DNA of 62,934 bases, filler included, from Choristocarpus tenellus KU-1152 (GCA_964200185.2; 11 parts of 11 records of this genome joined end to end with filler, not necessarily neighbours in it), one strand, 5' to 3'. Counted from the first letter of the whole stretch, positions 26,904-41,722 are shown. Notes: generated by a model not told the origin, from the sequence alone. A program made the numbers and translations.

Positions 26904-27849
26904 AGTCTCCTTTCTGGGTAGGCAACTGTGACGAACACATGGTGTCCATAGCGGGAGTGGACAGCGGGGATAAAGAGCGATGAGGTGAGACGGCAACCCT
27001 ACTTTGGTCGGAAATACAGGTGTGTGAGGTCGCAGCAAGGAATTCACCCAGGGACGGGATAAGGATAACAAATGCATCACGGGTAACGAAAAACACGACT
27101 TTCGAGGGTAAGCCTTGGGTTTGTCAGTCTTTAGGGTACAATAGGTCAAGGACATGAACTTTGGAAGATGGAACGCACCGTGGGATGAGCCGAAATGACC
27201 GAAGGCGATCTTCCAAGGCATTGATGATAGCATGGCGGCAAGGAAGGGAAAGACTGTACAAGTATCCAGTCTTGGTGGCAGTGAATCGATACCGCACAGC
27301 CTACTCAACTGCGATGCTCTCACCTGAAGTTGATGACTCCTACAGTCGGACTTGTAGACTCTGGTGAAACAAGCGCCATAGCTGGCCTTGGCCAACCCAC
27401 GAGTCGTACAGGCGGCACCAGTGGAACCTTCCTCCAACCCTACAACAGAATTTCATCCAACCAGGTCAAAGCTATTATGTGTTGAGACTTGTTTTGGCTT
27501 AGTAGTGGTCGGTGATAGCCCTGCTTTTCTGTCAGGGGATGTTTTTGTCTGATTCCAACCTTTGGGTTGACTGCGAAAGTTGAAAGTTGCGATGAGGCAG
27601 CAGGATGTAACCTGAATGAAACACGTACCTTCCTCCTTCCTTGTTCCCACCACCAATGCACAGCGTAGGTAGTATCCTAAGACGTACCAGCAACGTCTAC
27701 AGGCAGTAGGATTAGAAGCACATGTTGTGTCCAACTTCTGGTCTGACCTTTGGCATTGTATGTATATGTATGTTGTCATTGACAGTTGATTATTTCTTCA
27801 ATTCCTTCAATCAAATCCCAACATCATAATATTTTTGAATGGGATGGAA

Positions 27850-28320
27850 ATGATTCAATCTCGGGGGATCTCATACGAAAATAGATAATTCGATACATAT
27901 TTTTACTATTTGATAATATTGGAATTCTTACCACAAGATGTCGATGATGGTTTTGCTCTTTGCAGCCATTGTATCCCCTTGAAACTTATCACAAGTAGTT
28001 GATGATGAGATATTCTTCATGGTGGAATTCTTTTCTATTGTGTATTTGGAAGAATTTCTATAGGAATAGTTTGGTGACATTGGTCGGCGGACTATTCCGA
28101 CTCGTGTACCATGGATATTCCATATAAGGAATACAACCAGCGAAATAAGCAAAAACATTTTCTCCAACTTCTGTTGAGTATTCTGGAAATTTGCTGATTC
28201 CCACCGAGCACAGAATTACAAAATTGTCTGAGGGGTAGAAGGCCATAAACGTATTGTGTGAAGTGCTAAATACAGTTCGATATATGCCATGTCTTTCAAA
28301 TTGACGACGACTGTTACGTT
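27850..28320 (-). pseudogene. PIF/Harbinger-like transposase relic
   Basis: FAYFAGCI.. and (frameshifted) IHGTRVGIVRRP....YRN resemble the FxxCxGxIDGTHxxI..P....YxNRK motif. Confidence 0.4.
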
Positions 28321-28354
28321 TTCATGGATTTCGGGATATTTAATTGGATTTTCA

Positions 28355-29283
28355 TTGTTTTTTCCCGACACTGCTCCAAAAATATCAGAGGGCATAATAA
28401 TATATTATTACATGTGAATAGTTTTCATTGGCTTCCTTCCCTCCCCCCTTTTACACATCAGGAAAATGTCACTGGGCATAATAATATAACCATATATATG
28501 ACTAACATATATATTCTCTGACGTGCGAATAGTTTTCATTGGTTTTTCCCCTGACACATCAGGAAAATGTCACAGGACAAAATCATAAAAAATGACACAT
28601 GTACAAAATGTCAGAGGGCACAATAATAAAAAATAAAATATAGGGGCTGGTGGTGGTCTACACCGCGGTGTCCATTTAGACCTGATCAGGAGAAGTGAAC
28701 TTACATCATCCATCCGACACATGCAACCAAATCACCCAAAAATTGCGACATGGAAAAATGGACCCCGAATGGACAGCTGCCACCCCGCCCCTACATACTT
28801 GGAGTCTGATGTCATCAAATATGTTTCTTTTTCACACCGTAGTAACCAAATACACTGAAACTTGTAGGCAAGAAGGGATATAACAGATCAATGTTTTTCA
28901 CATTTATGACAACTGTTACATTGTAGGGATTTTTCTGACATGGGAATAGTTTTCATTGTTTTTTCCCCTGACACATCTGCATAATAATAAAATGCTACAG
29001 AATCTTAGGATACTTCCCATCTATGTTACGATATTTCTTTTCATACCGTACCAACCAAATACATTGAAACCTTGTAGGCAAGTTACCTACTCCAAACAGT
29101 ACCTGCAGCTGTACAGGTGGTGTCTATGTGTGCCCCATCACCATTTACCAACAGAGCATTGACCCCTTATTATTATAATATTATTATGCCTTCTGACATT
29201 TTGGAGATGTGTCAGGGGAAAAATTTATGAAAACTATTCACATGTGTCTAAAAAATCCCTCAAGAAGTAACAGTTGTCAAAAA
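28355..29283. repeat. Cluster of partial family D ends in both orientations
   Basis: Repeated attattatgccctctgacattttgcagatgtgtcaggg(g)aaa...gaaaactattcacatgtc motif or its reverse complement. Confidence 0.75.
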
Positions 29284-29318
29284 GTGACACCCCTTAGTAT
29301 TAATGTAGTATCATTATA

Positions 29319-29497
29319 CTACGTCTGTGCCATAAGTTTGTGCCACGAAACATCTGGGCTTGCCGAGCAAGAACAGCACCGAATCGGACAATAACCCCAC
29401 AGAATAAAATCGGGTTGACAATCTCAGCATTCAGAAAAGGTGGGAGTCGAGGATCATCATGTACAAACTCGGGGTGCTTCAAGCCGTCAAAGTAGGG
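29319..29497 (+). mobile_element. Family E, Stowaway-like element end, cut by the contig end
   Basis: ta|CTACGTCTGTGCCATAAGTTTG..., TA flank; reverse-complement match to 10535-10713. Confidence 0.75.
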
Positions 29498-30591
29498 NNN
29501 NNNNNNNNNNNNNNNNNNNNNNNNNNNNNNNNNNNNNNNNNTTAATTAATTAANNNNNNNNNNNNNNNNNNNNNNNNNNNNNNNNNNNNNNNNNNNNCCC
29601 CCCCTCCCAGATACGTTGGGTCAATCTTTATAAGTGTATCCCACCTCTTGCACAGAATCACCACTCCATCAAACATGACCATCTTGGTCTCTACAGGACA
29701 AATAAACTTCATCCTCCACTCAGCATTGAAATGTGTGAGAGCTGACTTTTGCCACATTGCTCACGCCCCACCTCCAGGTATGCTCATGACATATCAGAGG
29801 GAACCCATGAGATCGATCAAATGCCATTGTGACCACTTGCATCAAGAACCTGTCCCAAAAAGGACCTGTGCAATGCACTGACCAGACAGCAACATTCCAT
29901 ATTTGAAGGAGATAACTTATACGTAGGGACTGTATCTACCCAGAAAGATATAATATAGACTACTCTATCATAGCAAGAAGAGCGAGCGAAGGATGCCTAG
30001 ACAATAACTTGTCTAATATCTCATCTCCTGATACTGATTTCGACCCGATAAATCGAACATATTCTGGGACAGGATTTACAGAGTGCATGGAAATCTCGAC
30101 AAAGTTTTTAGTGACGCTTGATGTTTGACAATTATCCATTCAACCCCAAACTATATATTTTACTATGGAATGTTACATCTACATGATTTCCATACATTAC
30201 ATTTAAATAATGGTTCTCCATTCCTGCATCACAGATAGCACCTGTACTATCCTGTCTGCGGTTATAGGACAAAAACGCCAGACCAAGATCAACATGGAAC
30301 CTTCGGGATGAGTACAGCAGAAGATTTGAGAAAAGGGATGGAAATGATGAGTGGTGGGAGTGCTGAACCCGATGTGCAAGCAGGAAGGCAGGAATGGAGA
30401 TGGTATAGTCATAGATGGTATAGTCATAGTGCAATAGATAGTACCTAGTATGGAGAAGTAGTGGAGTGTGTAGTATCTCTGATCATAGTTGAGGTAGTTG
30501 ACCCCAGTCTAATACATAAAAAAGTAATAGTAATAGAGAGTCAAAGTAAGCAAGAGGTATCCAGTTTTTGGTCGTTTTGCATTGCAAGCTA

Positions 30592-30774
30592 GACTCAAAG
30601 TATCTGGGGGGGGGTGGCGGCTGCCCATTTGGGGTCAATTTTTTTATGTCGCGATTTTTGGGTGATTTGGTTGCATACGTCAGATGGATAATGTAACTGC
30701 ACATTTCCTGATTTTGGCCCAAACGTACAACCTGGTGTAGTTCCCCCCCCCCCACCCCCCAGATATTTTGGGTT
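30592..30774 (+). mobile_element. MITE family B, full copy, near-perfect TSD GCTA/GCCA
   Basis: gcta|GACTCAAAGTATCTGGGG...CCCCAGATATTTTGGGTT|gcca. Confidence 0.88.
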
Positions 30775-31987
30775 GCCAGTTTTAAAATCTCTTGCAATCC
30801 ATCATATTTCTATGGATAAAGTGCTAAATTTGGCTTGAGGGGTGATTTCTCCATTGAAAATTTTCGACACAATTCGGAAAATGTCCTACGTGCACTGGTA
30901 AAAAACGCCGAGTTTTGGACATATTTGCCTCTTGTTTTGTTTGAGTCAAGAAATAATAATGATACAAATAACAAAAAATAATATTAGTCGTAACATTAGT
31001 AGGAGTGAAAATTGAAAGAGTGAGATTAATAGTAATAAAACAATAAGAATATGATCATAATAATGGAAATAATAACAACGAACACAAGACAGGTCATCCC
31101 TCCTACACAGCTCCAGTCTCACCCTGTTCCAGTCCTCCTGGTACTGTTGGAGCACCACGGTTGCTACCTGCTGGAGCCTCTTGTTTTGTTTTCTTGGGTC
31201 ACAGATTGAACAGCCCCTCCTATGTGTCTTTTCCTCCTACCACTGCTTGAGCACTGTGACTGCTTAGTGACATCTTATCCCCCCAGCACAGTCCCAACAG
31301 GTTTACCCAGGTACAACCACCCCACTGTTCATTTCCAAATGTGACTCCTGGGGCACAGTTACTAATTGGAAGAGCTTCCTTCCCTATGTCCTCCCTGGAG
31401 CAGCCCCCCACTGTTACCCACTCACAATATTGCAACTGCAGTACCCCATCCTGATCATAGAAACTCAACAGCATTCCATTATAGTTGTTAAAAGTGAGAC
31501 ATGGGAGTACTTCACAAAAATATCATGCAACAGTATTGTCACAAGTTGTGTGTGTGAGTGCGTGTGATTCTCAAGACTGGTGTAGTTCTGCTGGCAAACC
31601 GTACAGCATCATTGTAATGTGAGGTCTAAGGACTAAGCACACAAGAGGATGTGGTTGCGAGTGACTCAAAAGAAGGAAGACAATATTTATAGGCCACAAT
31701 ATCTATACCATTTGTATCCATTTTCCAACTTATCTTCTTTGCCACATATTTGCCTGGCGAAGAGATACCAACACATCAACACTAACGCAAGCCACACTCC
31801 CATCTCGGTCGCTTGGATCCTTCAAGTTCAACCACTTACATTTTCCATGTGTTGGATAGTTCAAGCAATGGAAGTCCTTACCACTATGGGCCCACATAGA
31901 CCTTCAACCACACGCTCGAGTTGCAAAAGTAGTTAGTTCTGTTGAGATAATTGTCTACAAATCCATATCTACCACATCGTGAGGGAC

Positions 31988-32180
31988 CTCATTGTACTTG
32001 AAACAGTAGTACAAGTACAGTGTCAAACAGTATCAGACTGATCTCATTGTACTTGAAACAGTAGTACAAACACAGTGTCAAACAATGTCAGACTGATCTT
32101 ATTGTACTTGAAACAGTAGTACAAACACAGTGTCAAACAGTGTCAAACAGTGTCAAACAGTGTCAAACAGTCTCAGACTG
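31988..32180 (+). repeat. Minisatellite, 55-bp unit x3 with an expanded 10-bp subrepeat (CAGTGTCAAA)
   Basis: Units start at 31988, 32043 and 32098. Confidence 0.92.
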
Positions 32181-33438
32181 AAAACAAAAATCAAAACTCG
32201 CGTGTTTGTATATTTAATAGCTGCACTATGCTCTGCAACAGAAATTGAAGTAAAATTTGGCAACAGGCTCACAAGTGCAGGAAATGGGGAGGGGAAGGCT
32301 GGTGCTTAGTAATTCCACTGAGTAGAGTCCCTTGGTGTGATTCATCTCCGTGCAGTCAACTGCGCATACTAGGTTCTTCAAATTAATGTAATGAGACTCT
32401 ACAGTAGGTCCTTCCTAGGAACTTATCACTTCAATCCTTGGGCAGTGAACCTTAGTTGGACCATCACAAAAAAAATGAGTGGGCTAACCCTGCATTGTTG
32501 TGATGGAAGCAATGTTTATCAAGTAGGGTGGAGAGGTAAGATCGTGTTGAAAATGGAATAATGAATCATGACAGGTAGGTTTGATTTGATATCGTAAGGT
32601 GTTATTTAAAAATATGTGGTTGGCGACAACAAAATCAATGCATTTTTTTTGGGATACATATTCTGAATAAACGTACCTCATTGCTGCAGCCGTTTCCTTC
32701 AAAGTATATTACAATTACTGCGGATGTTGAAAATGAAGACAAACTAGAATCAGGTAGCCCACATAGATGTGAGTTCTTCATCTCCATGCAATCACAAAGT
32801 CGGAGACTTACACAAATATCCATCTGTGTTACTGCTTCAATTGTCGGATATCATACCTGAACCGTTGATGTGTTGGAAGGCCTTCATTGTGAGCAACATA
32901 GGCTGTTGCGTTTTTGTATTCTCTGCCTTGTACATCGCTTCTTGTCCTCATGTTGTACAAATGATGATAAATTTATCATCTCACATCTCACATTAGTTTG
33001 AAGCATGGTGCAATGATCCCTGGCAGGGGTTGTAGTGGAGTTAAGCAATACATAACACGCTTCGATCCATTGTCACAAAGGCAATACTAGTAGTACAAAA
33101 AGAGAGCAGAAATTAAAGAGAAATTATATCTGACAAAAACCTGACATGCAAAATGCAGCAACAATGAGGAAGAAAATGCAAGTAACAAAATAATGCATTA
33201 ATACATAAACAAATATGTAAGGAAGAAATGAAAAATACTCAACACGGTATACAAAAGATAGTCCAGGAGTCAATTACCCCCCTTTCTCCCCCCCAGGGTC
33301 AAAGTCTTTTTTTTGGGGGGGGGGTGGTTTCTGAGGGGNNNNNNNNNNNNNNNNNNNNNNNNNNNNNNNNNNNNNNNNNNNNTTAATTAATTAANNNNNN
33401 NNNNNNNNNNNNNNNNNNNNNNNNNNNNNNNNNNNNNN

Positions 33439-36400
33439 GGGGTGGGGTCAGGGGCAGGGGCACCATCATCTTCTTCAGGGGCTGCTGAGGCAACTGAGCC
33501 TGGAAGGTTGTCTGCTTCAGCCTTTGGGTCTGATCCTTCATCTTATGACGCAGCAATTGCAGCTGATACGAATAGGGTAAGCAATATGCTGGGTGGGGAA
33601 GGTCCAACTGGAGGAGTAACATCGGGCTCGTCATTGGGAGGAGCTGCAGGGTCAGATGGAGCAACTCAGTCAGAGGGGATAGGAATAATTATTTCAGAAC
33701 GTTTAACAAGGAGTTTTCTTCCTTCCAGAATGTTCCCCCTTCCAACCCCATGGGACTCGAACGCAGAGATGGTTGGAACAGGAGGCACTGCTAGCGCAAG
33801 GTCAGGGGCTACTGGGACAGTTGGAAGGGCAACGGGAACACCCTCGTCCTCGTTCAATACCCTCTTTCCGTCTGGCATGCGCCCACAAGATATCGATGTG
33901 CCCCTGCTCCTTTCGTGCATACGGCGGACTGAGGCATTGCTCGTTGAAAAAGATGGGGCAGGAGATCAGCAGTTGGGTGGAGGCAGAAGTGGTGGTATGG
34001 TGAAGTTGAAGAAACCTGGGTCAGGTCTGGGTGGCATGTTGCATGTGCTCCTCCTTTTGGCAGCTGGAGGTTCGAAGCGGGACCAGGAGCTCCTTGTGTC
34101 GAGTGGTTTCCATGAAAAGGTGAAGTAAGAAATTATTTGGAGGGATTTACATTGTGCCACTTTTGTTCTGTGGTGACCTAGAGCTCAACGGTATGGCAAT
34201 GTACTCTCTTTGTCCAGGACCTGTTCTATTATTACTGCATTTCAAGGCAAGTTAGAGTTTTCTTATTTGTGTGAGAACGGCTTTTGGGGGGATGGTTGGA
34301 GGGTTGTCTGCTGCTTTTGTGTGTGCGTTCTATTTACACGTCTATAGTGACCCCCAAAACAATCAGGTCTTTTCGGTGAGAACGGTAAATCTGAACAGAC
34401 AAGTCTGTGGGCAGGACTACTTCCAATAGTCGTGATATGCCAAGACCCAGTCCACCAAGTATTGGAACCTGTCTGGTCCACAGGTCATATGGGTTCCTCT
34501 ACCTTCTGACATGTCCAGACAATATCCATCAAGCATCATTGTTAGTATCATCACTTTAGTATAGGACTATCCCAACCCAGGGTCAGAGGCAGCACACACT
34601 GCACTACTTTTGATGCTAATAAACTGTTGCACTACAACTAATTGTACTGCCTGGTGTCAACGGAGTTCAAAATAGATACTGTAACCTGTATAGGTCAGAC
34701 AGGTCCAAATATTTCTGACATGTCCAAACCAGGATGGTTAAGAAGTGTAACCGGAATGAGGCATCAACCGTCCTGCGACCTATATCAAAATGTAGATATG
34801 GAACTGGTCTTGTCTGATTTCAATCAATCATATCACATTTGCTTGATCCATAGTAAAGTGACTAAAAAAAATCAAGTTTATTTCCTTACGTGCTTGGGAC
34901 ACTTATGGACATGTTATGAATGGAGCAGTCTGGTTGAAGCATTTTTGCATCCATAGGTGTCAACTGTTTCAACATATCCAGGCCACTAGGTGGCCTCTCA
35001 GCATGACCTGTACCTGCTGGACCCCCTCTGTCATGATAACTGCCCAGAATGATGAACATTGTTTTTAGAAGATTTTTTTGACCAGTTTATTGGCTGGCTG
35101 GCTGAGGTCATTGTTGCACCCTACATCGCCCAATAGCAAGCTGAATGATCTCTTGAAAAACTTACAGGTAGAACCGTTCTGAGTTATTTTGTCTATCCCG
35201 CCAAATAGCCACAGAGAGATTGAAGGGAAGGGGGGTGGTAAGTGGTAGTGACAGATATCCGCCACTTCGCATCCAGCAATAACTACTGTATCTTTTTTAT
35301 GATATGGAAGCTTTGGATGGCAGCACAACTCCATACTGTTACAACATGTTACACTTAATTAGAGGGATGTTGCAGCTGCAAGGAATGTTTACTGTAACAG
35401 TGAACAAAGCTGTAGGCGTTTTTTCTGCAGCATGGTGAATTGCGGTAGAATTAGCATGGTGTGTCCCTGCAATTAGCATGGTGTGTGGATCGTATAGACG
35501 GTGTGGCAGTGGAATGTATATACTGGTTAGCATACAAAGCAGTGTAGTGGAAAGTTTACTGCTGCTTGCTTAGTGGTGGAGCTACATGTTTTTGATGCAG
35601 ATCGTGTCTTTTTGTGATGAATTTATGTTCAACTTGATTCATCAATGTGTGCAGTGGAGTTGGCAGGAGGGTATTGTGCAGTGTACCGTGGACTCCCTCC
35701 CCACCTGTTCCCATTACACTGGATCTCTTAACTTTGTACATGCCCAATGCAGGGTCCTGTTGTAGATTATCGTCCTTAATCCTAGTCAAGAAGATATGAG
35801 TGTGAGTCCTTGCTCTGCTCAATTCCCTATGATTTCGACTTGGAATGCTAAAGCATGTATTCATTTCTCATTTCCCTCCCCTCCCCCCTTCCCCACTCTC
35901 TCTAAAATGTATGTAAACCAACTCCACCACTCCACTCACCCATTTTTCCCTGTCATGCATCATACCAGCTCATATCTCTCTTTGAGAGATCCATTGTGTC
36001 TTTGCGCACAGAGTATCAAAAGGCAATTGCAATGTCAGCATCAGCAGCAGCACTTAAGAATCAGGGAGACAGGGGAATAGGGATTGCTCGAGAGAAGATG
36101 CCACAGATGCCTGCAGGTAGTCAAGCAGTTACAGGGTCGGCAACAGGGCGTTCAGGTTCAACAGGAATGGAAACAAACACCTCAATTGCTTTTCCATCAT
36201 GGCCAGGTTATATGGCACCTTGCCTCCTACTGCTAGACCTGCTGGCCAAGCCTTCATTGCAGGAGGGTGGAAGTGGAAGCAACAATAACAGCAGTGGGGG
36301 GAGTCGAAATTCCTTGGAGAGGCTACAGGAAAGGATTGATGCCTCTCGGACCAGCTTGGGTCTTCTGCATAGGCAAATGGCCGAGGCAGGGACTGGTACA

Positions 36401-37774
36401 GGGGACAGGGAGAGAGAAATGGGAGGAGAGGCTAAGAGTGAGGGGAGGAGCAATGCAGAAGGGAGTGTGATGGAGACGGACTCACCAACATCAGGGTCAA
36501 CATCTGTGCTTGGGGAGGGGATGGTGGCAAGGGTTGGGAATGGGGCTGGTGCTAGGGGGCAAGATGTAATCCAGTCGTTCCCATCGTCCTTTGCCACAAG
36601 CACAACTGAGACAGTGTCTGCATCTTCAGCGAGTCCAACGGTGGGTGGGCCCCCTCTTCAGGCAGAGTCTAAGGATGAAGGCGACAATAGTCAGGTAATT
36701 TGTTGTGGGTGTATTATGGGTTGAGTAGTGATGGTATGTCCTTTGTCCTGCTAGCATAGAGGATACCCCTAAGGATTTCAAATTGCACCTATATGCATAT
36801 TATATGCTCCCTGTGAGAATGTGCCTACCCTGTTTGGCACAGGTTCCTCAATAAACACCCCAACCCTGCCTAGTTGGATAGCTTTGCACAACATAATATG
36901 TACATCTACAGGCATTCGTGCATATATTTTTTCTCTTTTCACCCGATACTAACATCAGGAGGAGGCATCTGCAAGAAGACACAAAGAAACTGGCAGCAGC
37001 AGCGACCACAGTGGTAGTGGCAATGCCACTGAGGCAGCAGCTAGCCTCAGTCCTGCTGAGATGCCGTCACTGCTCCCTGCACACCTTCGACCAAGGCTGT
37101 TACAGGCCCTTATTGACTTTTTTAAGGGTGTTTCTTCTGCCCTGTGGCCAAGAGAAGCTCAGCTACCTGCACCAAGTGCAGAGCTCATGTTCGCAGCTCT
37201 TCAGGTGGGAGCTTTTGTTTTTATTTGGGGTTGTGTAGGGTGGTGTAGTCCTTGGGCAGAGTGAAATTAAAAACCTTTCTCTACCTACCCATTCCTGCAG
37301 ACGCCTTTTTTATCCTTGTGCTGTGTATCTGGTGAGTATGTTTTATGGTGCTAACAACAACATTTTGCACACCTTAACTGCACTTCATGTATGTAAATAT
37401 ATATAAATATATTTATATTTATTTAAGATGCTGGCACGACTGGTGGGGAAGTATGATGCAGCGGCAACCTTTATCGAGTCCATGGGCCCCCATTTGCTAT
37501 TGGCACTGCCGGGAAAATCTTCTTTCGAAGGAAGCACTGCACTTGTGGCAGTGATATTCAGGCATCTTCTTGAAGACCCTGCCACCCTTCAGTCGGCCAT
37601 GGAAACAGAGATCAAGTCCACATTTGGGAGGCTGGCCCGCAGTGGGGGAGGTGGAGGTAGGAGTGGGAGTGCAGGGGGTGGTTCGGGGCATGAACGTCAA
37701 CCTCGGGTGCGCCTGCAGACTCTGATGAATGCATTGCAGCCTCTGGCCGCTCGTGACGGCCAGACTCTTGTGCG
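33439..37774 (+). CDS. HUWE1: HUWE1/UPL1/Tom1-type HECT E3 ubiquitin ligase, internal exons 33439-34119, 36012-36694, 36959-37204, 37428-37774
   Basis: IFRHLLEDPATLQSAMETEIKSTF and WPGYMAPCLLLLDLL match the armadillo-like region of UPL1/HUWE1. The last three exons join in phase 0 via GT-AG. Exons 1 and 2 are out of phase, so one exon is probably missed. The HECT domain is not in the contig. Confidence 0.82.
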
Positions 37775-38642
37775 GTGAGTATAGGCAGGAAAAAAGAGAG
37801 GACTCTTTCAGGAAAGGGGGAGGGGCATTTGTAACCTTGTCCGTACACACTCTGCGGAACTATGCTATCTATGATCTATCTTCAGAAAAAAGAATTGTGT
37901 TTAATTTGGCGTTCATATGTGTGAACATTTCCAAATGTCATTGATTTTGTTGTAGACCTATTTTTCGCCTTGTTTTCCTTCCATCTTTTGACGAAAGATG
38001 GAAGAATGAGGGAGGGGAAGGGGCTGTAGGGCAGGGTGTTATCAATAGTTACTGAGGATTATAGGACGGAGAAATATCCCTGGGATAAGTTTGTGAGTTG
38101 AATTTTTCTGATGCGAATGGATTGGGTTAGTTTATGGTAGTTTTGTTGTTTGTATGTTGCATTTGGGAACTTATCCCATACTACATGTTCTTGAGAGTGG
38201 CGACCAGTTCCTCAATTGTGTTGTTGGTTGATCAAAGGGTCATCGAACACTGTGGTGACTTCTTGAAGAGGTCAGTAAAGAGTATTACAGTCTGTCATGC
38301 TGTTGTTTTTTGGGGTAAGCTGAGTGCATAGAAAATGGGGGCATGGGTTTCATTCTTTTTCCTACTGACCAAGAATGTTAATGATGATTATATCTGTCGA
38401 ATGGTAACTACTACTGTCCTGTTGTTATTGTTTTTTAACCTTGAACTGAGATTATCATTCAATGTCCTCAAGCCGGCAGGTACTGCTGAAGGTGTGGTGT
38501 GTGCCATTATAATTGTAGGGCGCTTAAGTATTTTCAAATGCGACTAGTAAACAATTCTTATTTTTGTCCTTAAGTGTAACACCATTCAGAGCGCTTGACC
38601 TTACCATCCCTAAACCCCATCTATATCTGTTCCACCCCTCCT

Positions 38643-38680
<38 letters not shown>

Positions 38681-39325
38681 ACCCGCTCCCCCCACCACCA
38701 TTGTTTNNNNNNNNNNNNNNNNNNNNNNNNNNNNNNNNNNNNNNNNNNNNTTAATTAATTAANNNNNNNNNNNNNNNNNNNNNNNNNNNNNNNNNNNNNN
38801 NNNNNNAAAAAGAAGTGAGGTATGTTTGGTTTGGTGATATGTATATGGTTTGGGGGGGGGGGGGGGGGGGGTGAAATGGAGCGTAGGTTTGTTTTTTATT
38901 TTGCAGCTTTTCAAACACACAATTTTAGGAACCCTGAAGGAAAAACACAGTGGCCGGGGTAGGTATTAATAGCTTAATAGCTGAGGTCGCTTTTGTGCCT
39001 TCAATGACATGACTGTGAGCTTCTCTTTTAGCCCTAGATTTAGAGGTTATTGATGTATTACCCAGAAACATTCATGAGTGGTGGAAAAAGAAGAAAAATC
39101 TGATCTCTTCAAGTAGCTACAGAGATAGAAGGGACATGAAGTGATGTGATGCGTATTACTACGCATGCCCTTTGCATATAGTGATAACACTGTCTCATCG
39201 GGTGTATTTCACTCTCCTCCCTCCGCCGTTGGTGGTGTTGTGTCCTGTCTCACCTCCTTGTGCTGTTTGTGTTTTGCGGTGTGCCCTGTTTGAGAGATGG
39301 TGCGTTCTTTGCCGTGCCTGCCGCG

Positions 39326-39359
<34 letters not shown>

Positions 39360-39665
39360 CCCCCCTTTCGCGGTTGGCGTCGCCAGGGCGCGGCGTGGGG
39401 GGGGGGGGGGGNNNNNNNNNNCCACCCTTTGCAAATGTCTGTTGTATTGGCCTCTCATACAGTAGTTGAGTTCCTTCCCTTGGGTGGACTTTTTTACTAT
39501 TAGTGAAGAGATATTTCTTCACCTCAGTTCTTGCGATTTCAACTTTGAAGAAGTAGATCATCCTGACATTGAACATCGGCCACTCCTCCAATTTTACCTG
39601 AGATAGTAGCGCTGAAAGTATCCCCCCTGCCCCCCTCCCTTGCTGCCCATGCCCTGCCGGTGTAG

Positions 39666-41722
39666 AGCTACAGCGACCCTTCTAAGCTTCTGTCTGAGGG
39701 TGGTTATGTTCTGACCCAGCTTGTGAGTGCGGTCAGGTTCCTTGAGGAAGTGGATGCATCACTGCTTAGTATACCTCAAGGGGAGTTTGAGAGGGGCTTG
39801 GCAGGGTGTAGAAAGACAGCGCAGGAGAACTTGCATGCCCACCACTTGGAGGTGAGGTCATCCCCCTCATTGATTGTTAATAGAGGTATGTAGTGGGTCT
39901 TGTCTCCATCAGACCCAGTCACCGGCCGCCTCACTGGTCTGTTTTGTTGAATCTCTAGCTGCATTGAATGTGATATTTAATGAGGTGGATGTTGTATGTG
40001 GATTGTACATGTGTTCTGCACTTGTATTGTGGTGAGTGGGTTTTGAAGTGCACAATAGAAGGGTGTAAAGGAGGTGCGCCTGTTGTGACTTCCCAAAAAT
40101 TTGTGATTTGCGTATTTCTGTGTGTATGCCTACCCTATTCTTGCTTGTGTTGTAGTGGGAACTTCCCCTGTTGATTGGTAGTTGTAAGTAAGTGTTAATG
40201 ATGTGGTCAACGCTTCCTCTCCACCCCACAAATCACTCTGCCATGTCTTTGTGATCGTGACAAGCAGTCTACGCCAACTTCCTCCGGCCTACCCTACAAA
40301 ACACTCCACATTTTTTTTTTATGTGCAAACATTAGGTCAAGAAGGAAGAGGAGCATGAGAGGCTGCTCCACACCTCTCAACCAGGTGGCCATGCTTCGCC
40401 CTTGCTAACCAAGGGGGCACTAGGATGTGGGAACTCTGGGGGACCAGCGACTCTCCCTGAGGTAGGTGTTGTGTTGTGCACGCCATGGGTACCTAGCAGT
40501 GTCTTGGAGCTACCCAACAACAGAGGAGTGTGTGGAACTAGTTGTGTTGTAGGGATATATATTTTTTAATGTCGATAAGGATGGATTGAGTGTAACAATA
40601 TAGGTGATGACAATCGTATGTCAGTAGCGTGTAATTTTTTTTTTATGTGTGATGTATGTGGACGTGTGTGCCATTTGTTAAGAATTATCTGGTGGGATGA
40701 TCTCGTACCATGGATTTTTTTTTTAAATTGACCTTGGTGGCTTTCCGTGAGGCCGAAGTGGGCTGTTGAGGAGAAAGACTTTGATTGTCTTGATTGGGTT
40801 TTTGAGTGTTCGTTTTTTTTTAGTGTGTATGTATTTGTAACCTAAGGTCCTAAGGACATTTAAAGGGTAAAATGCAAGGTGCGTTACGGGGGGGAAGGGG
40901 GGTTACGCAAAAAGTGTGTGTATGCCTTGAGGTAAATTTTTTTGTTATTTCTTTTCCCACTACTTTGTTAAGTAATGAGCACTTTTGATCATCTACCCGA
41001 GCACGAAGTATGGTGTGACATTGTGGTTCAATATATATATATATTCCTATATATTTATTTTTCAATTATTATTTCCTGAGAGTCTGGCGCATTACAACAC
41101 ACACAGCCCTCTCCCATCCCATATCCTCCTTGGACCATGACTGCTATATTATCCTCCACCACGTGTACGAAACCTACACTCTCTCTGACAACCCTTGCAG
41201 CCTGTGCCATGCCGGGAGTCTCGGGTTTCTCAAGTGCATGCAAGGCGTCTGGCAGATCGACGGCAGGGTCAGCTTGCATCAAGAGTGGCAGCAGGAACAG
41301 CAGGGGGACTCCAGTGGAACAACGCCCTGTTGCATGGGTCGCATATGTTTCCTCTGGGGTCTACAGAGGTAGCCCTGTCAAGACCAGTGGGAGAGGGGTC
41401 ATCCACTACAGGACTGCATACACCCCCGTCACCAGCAAGGCAGGGAGGTGGAGGGGGGGATCAGTCGAATGGTACAAGCGTAGTGCATCAACGAGGGCAA
41501 CGTATTGATAGGATAAACAGGAACGTGAGTAGTGAACCCCGAAGAGGGGTTGGCGGAGGCAGGGTGGGTCTTCGGGAGCGATTGCGCTTTGTGGGTTGCA
41601 AGGCCGGTGATTTGCGCCTGTCTGACCTACCTGCTCTGATTGGGGAGTACCACCAGCTGGTAAGTCTTTGTGAGGAGCTGGTGGTGGAGAGGTCAGAGCT
41701 GGGGCTGAACAGGCGCCGGTAG
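39666..41722 (+). CDS. VPS9: VPS9-domain Rab5 GEF, 3' exons 39666-39851, 40336-40461, 41201-41722
   Basis: SEGGYVLTQLVSAVRFLEEVDASLLSIPQGEFE is the VPS9 domain C-terminus. LRFVGCKAGDLRLSDLPALIGEYHQLV matches the VPS9a-type C-terminal motif. All exons are phase 0 with GT-AG flanks. Confidence 0.88.

Noticed and set aside
26904-27437. N-terminal 178 aa of the 228-aa ORF as coding
   Set aside because: Non-ATG start and no protein-like motifs; more likely 5' UTR or promoter of the Zn2Cys6 gene.
32380-33000. Helitron Rep motifs (GLPD..., GLAH) on the minus strand
   Set aside because: Too degenerate to support without a search.
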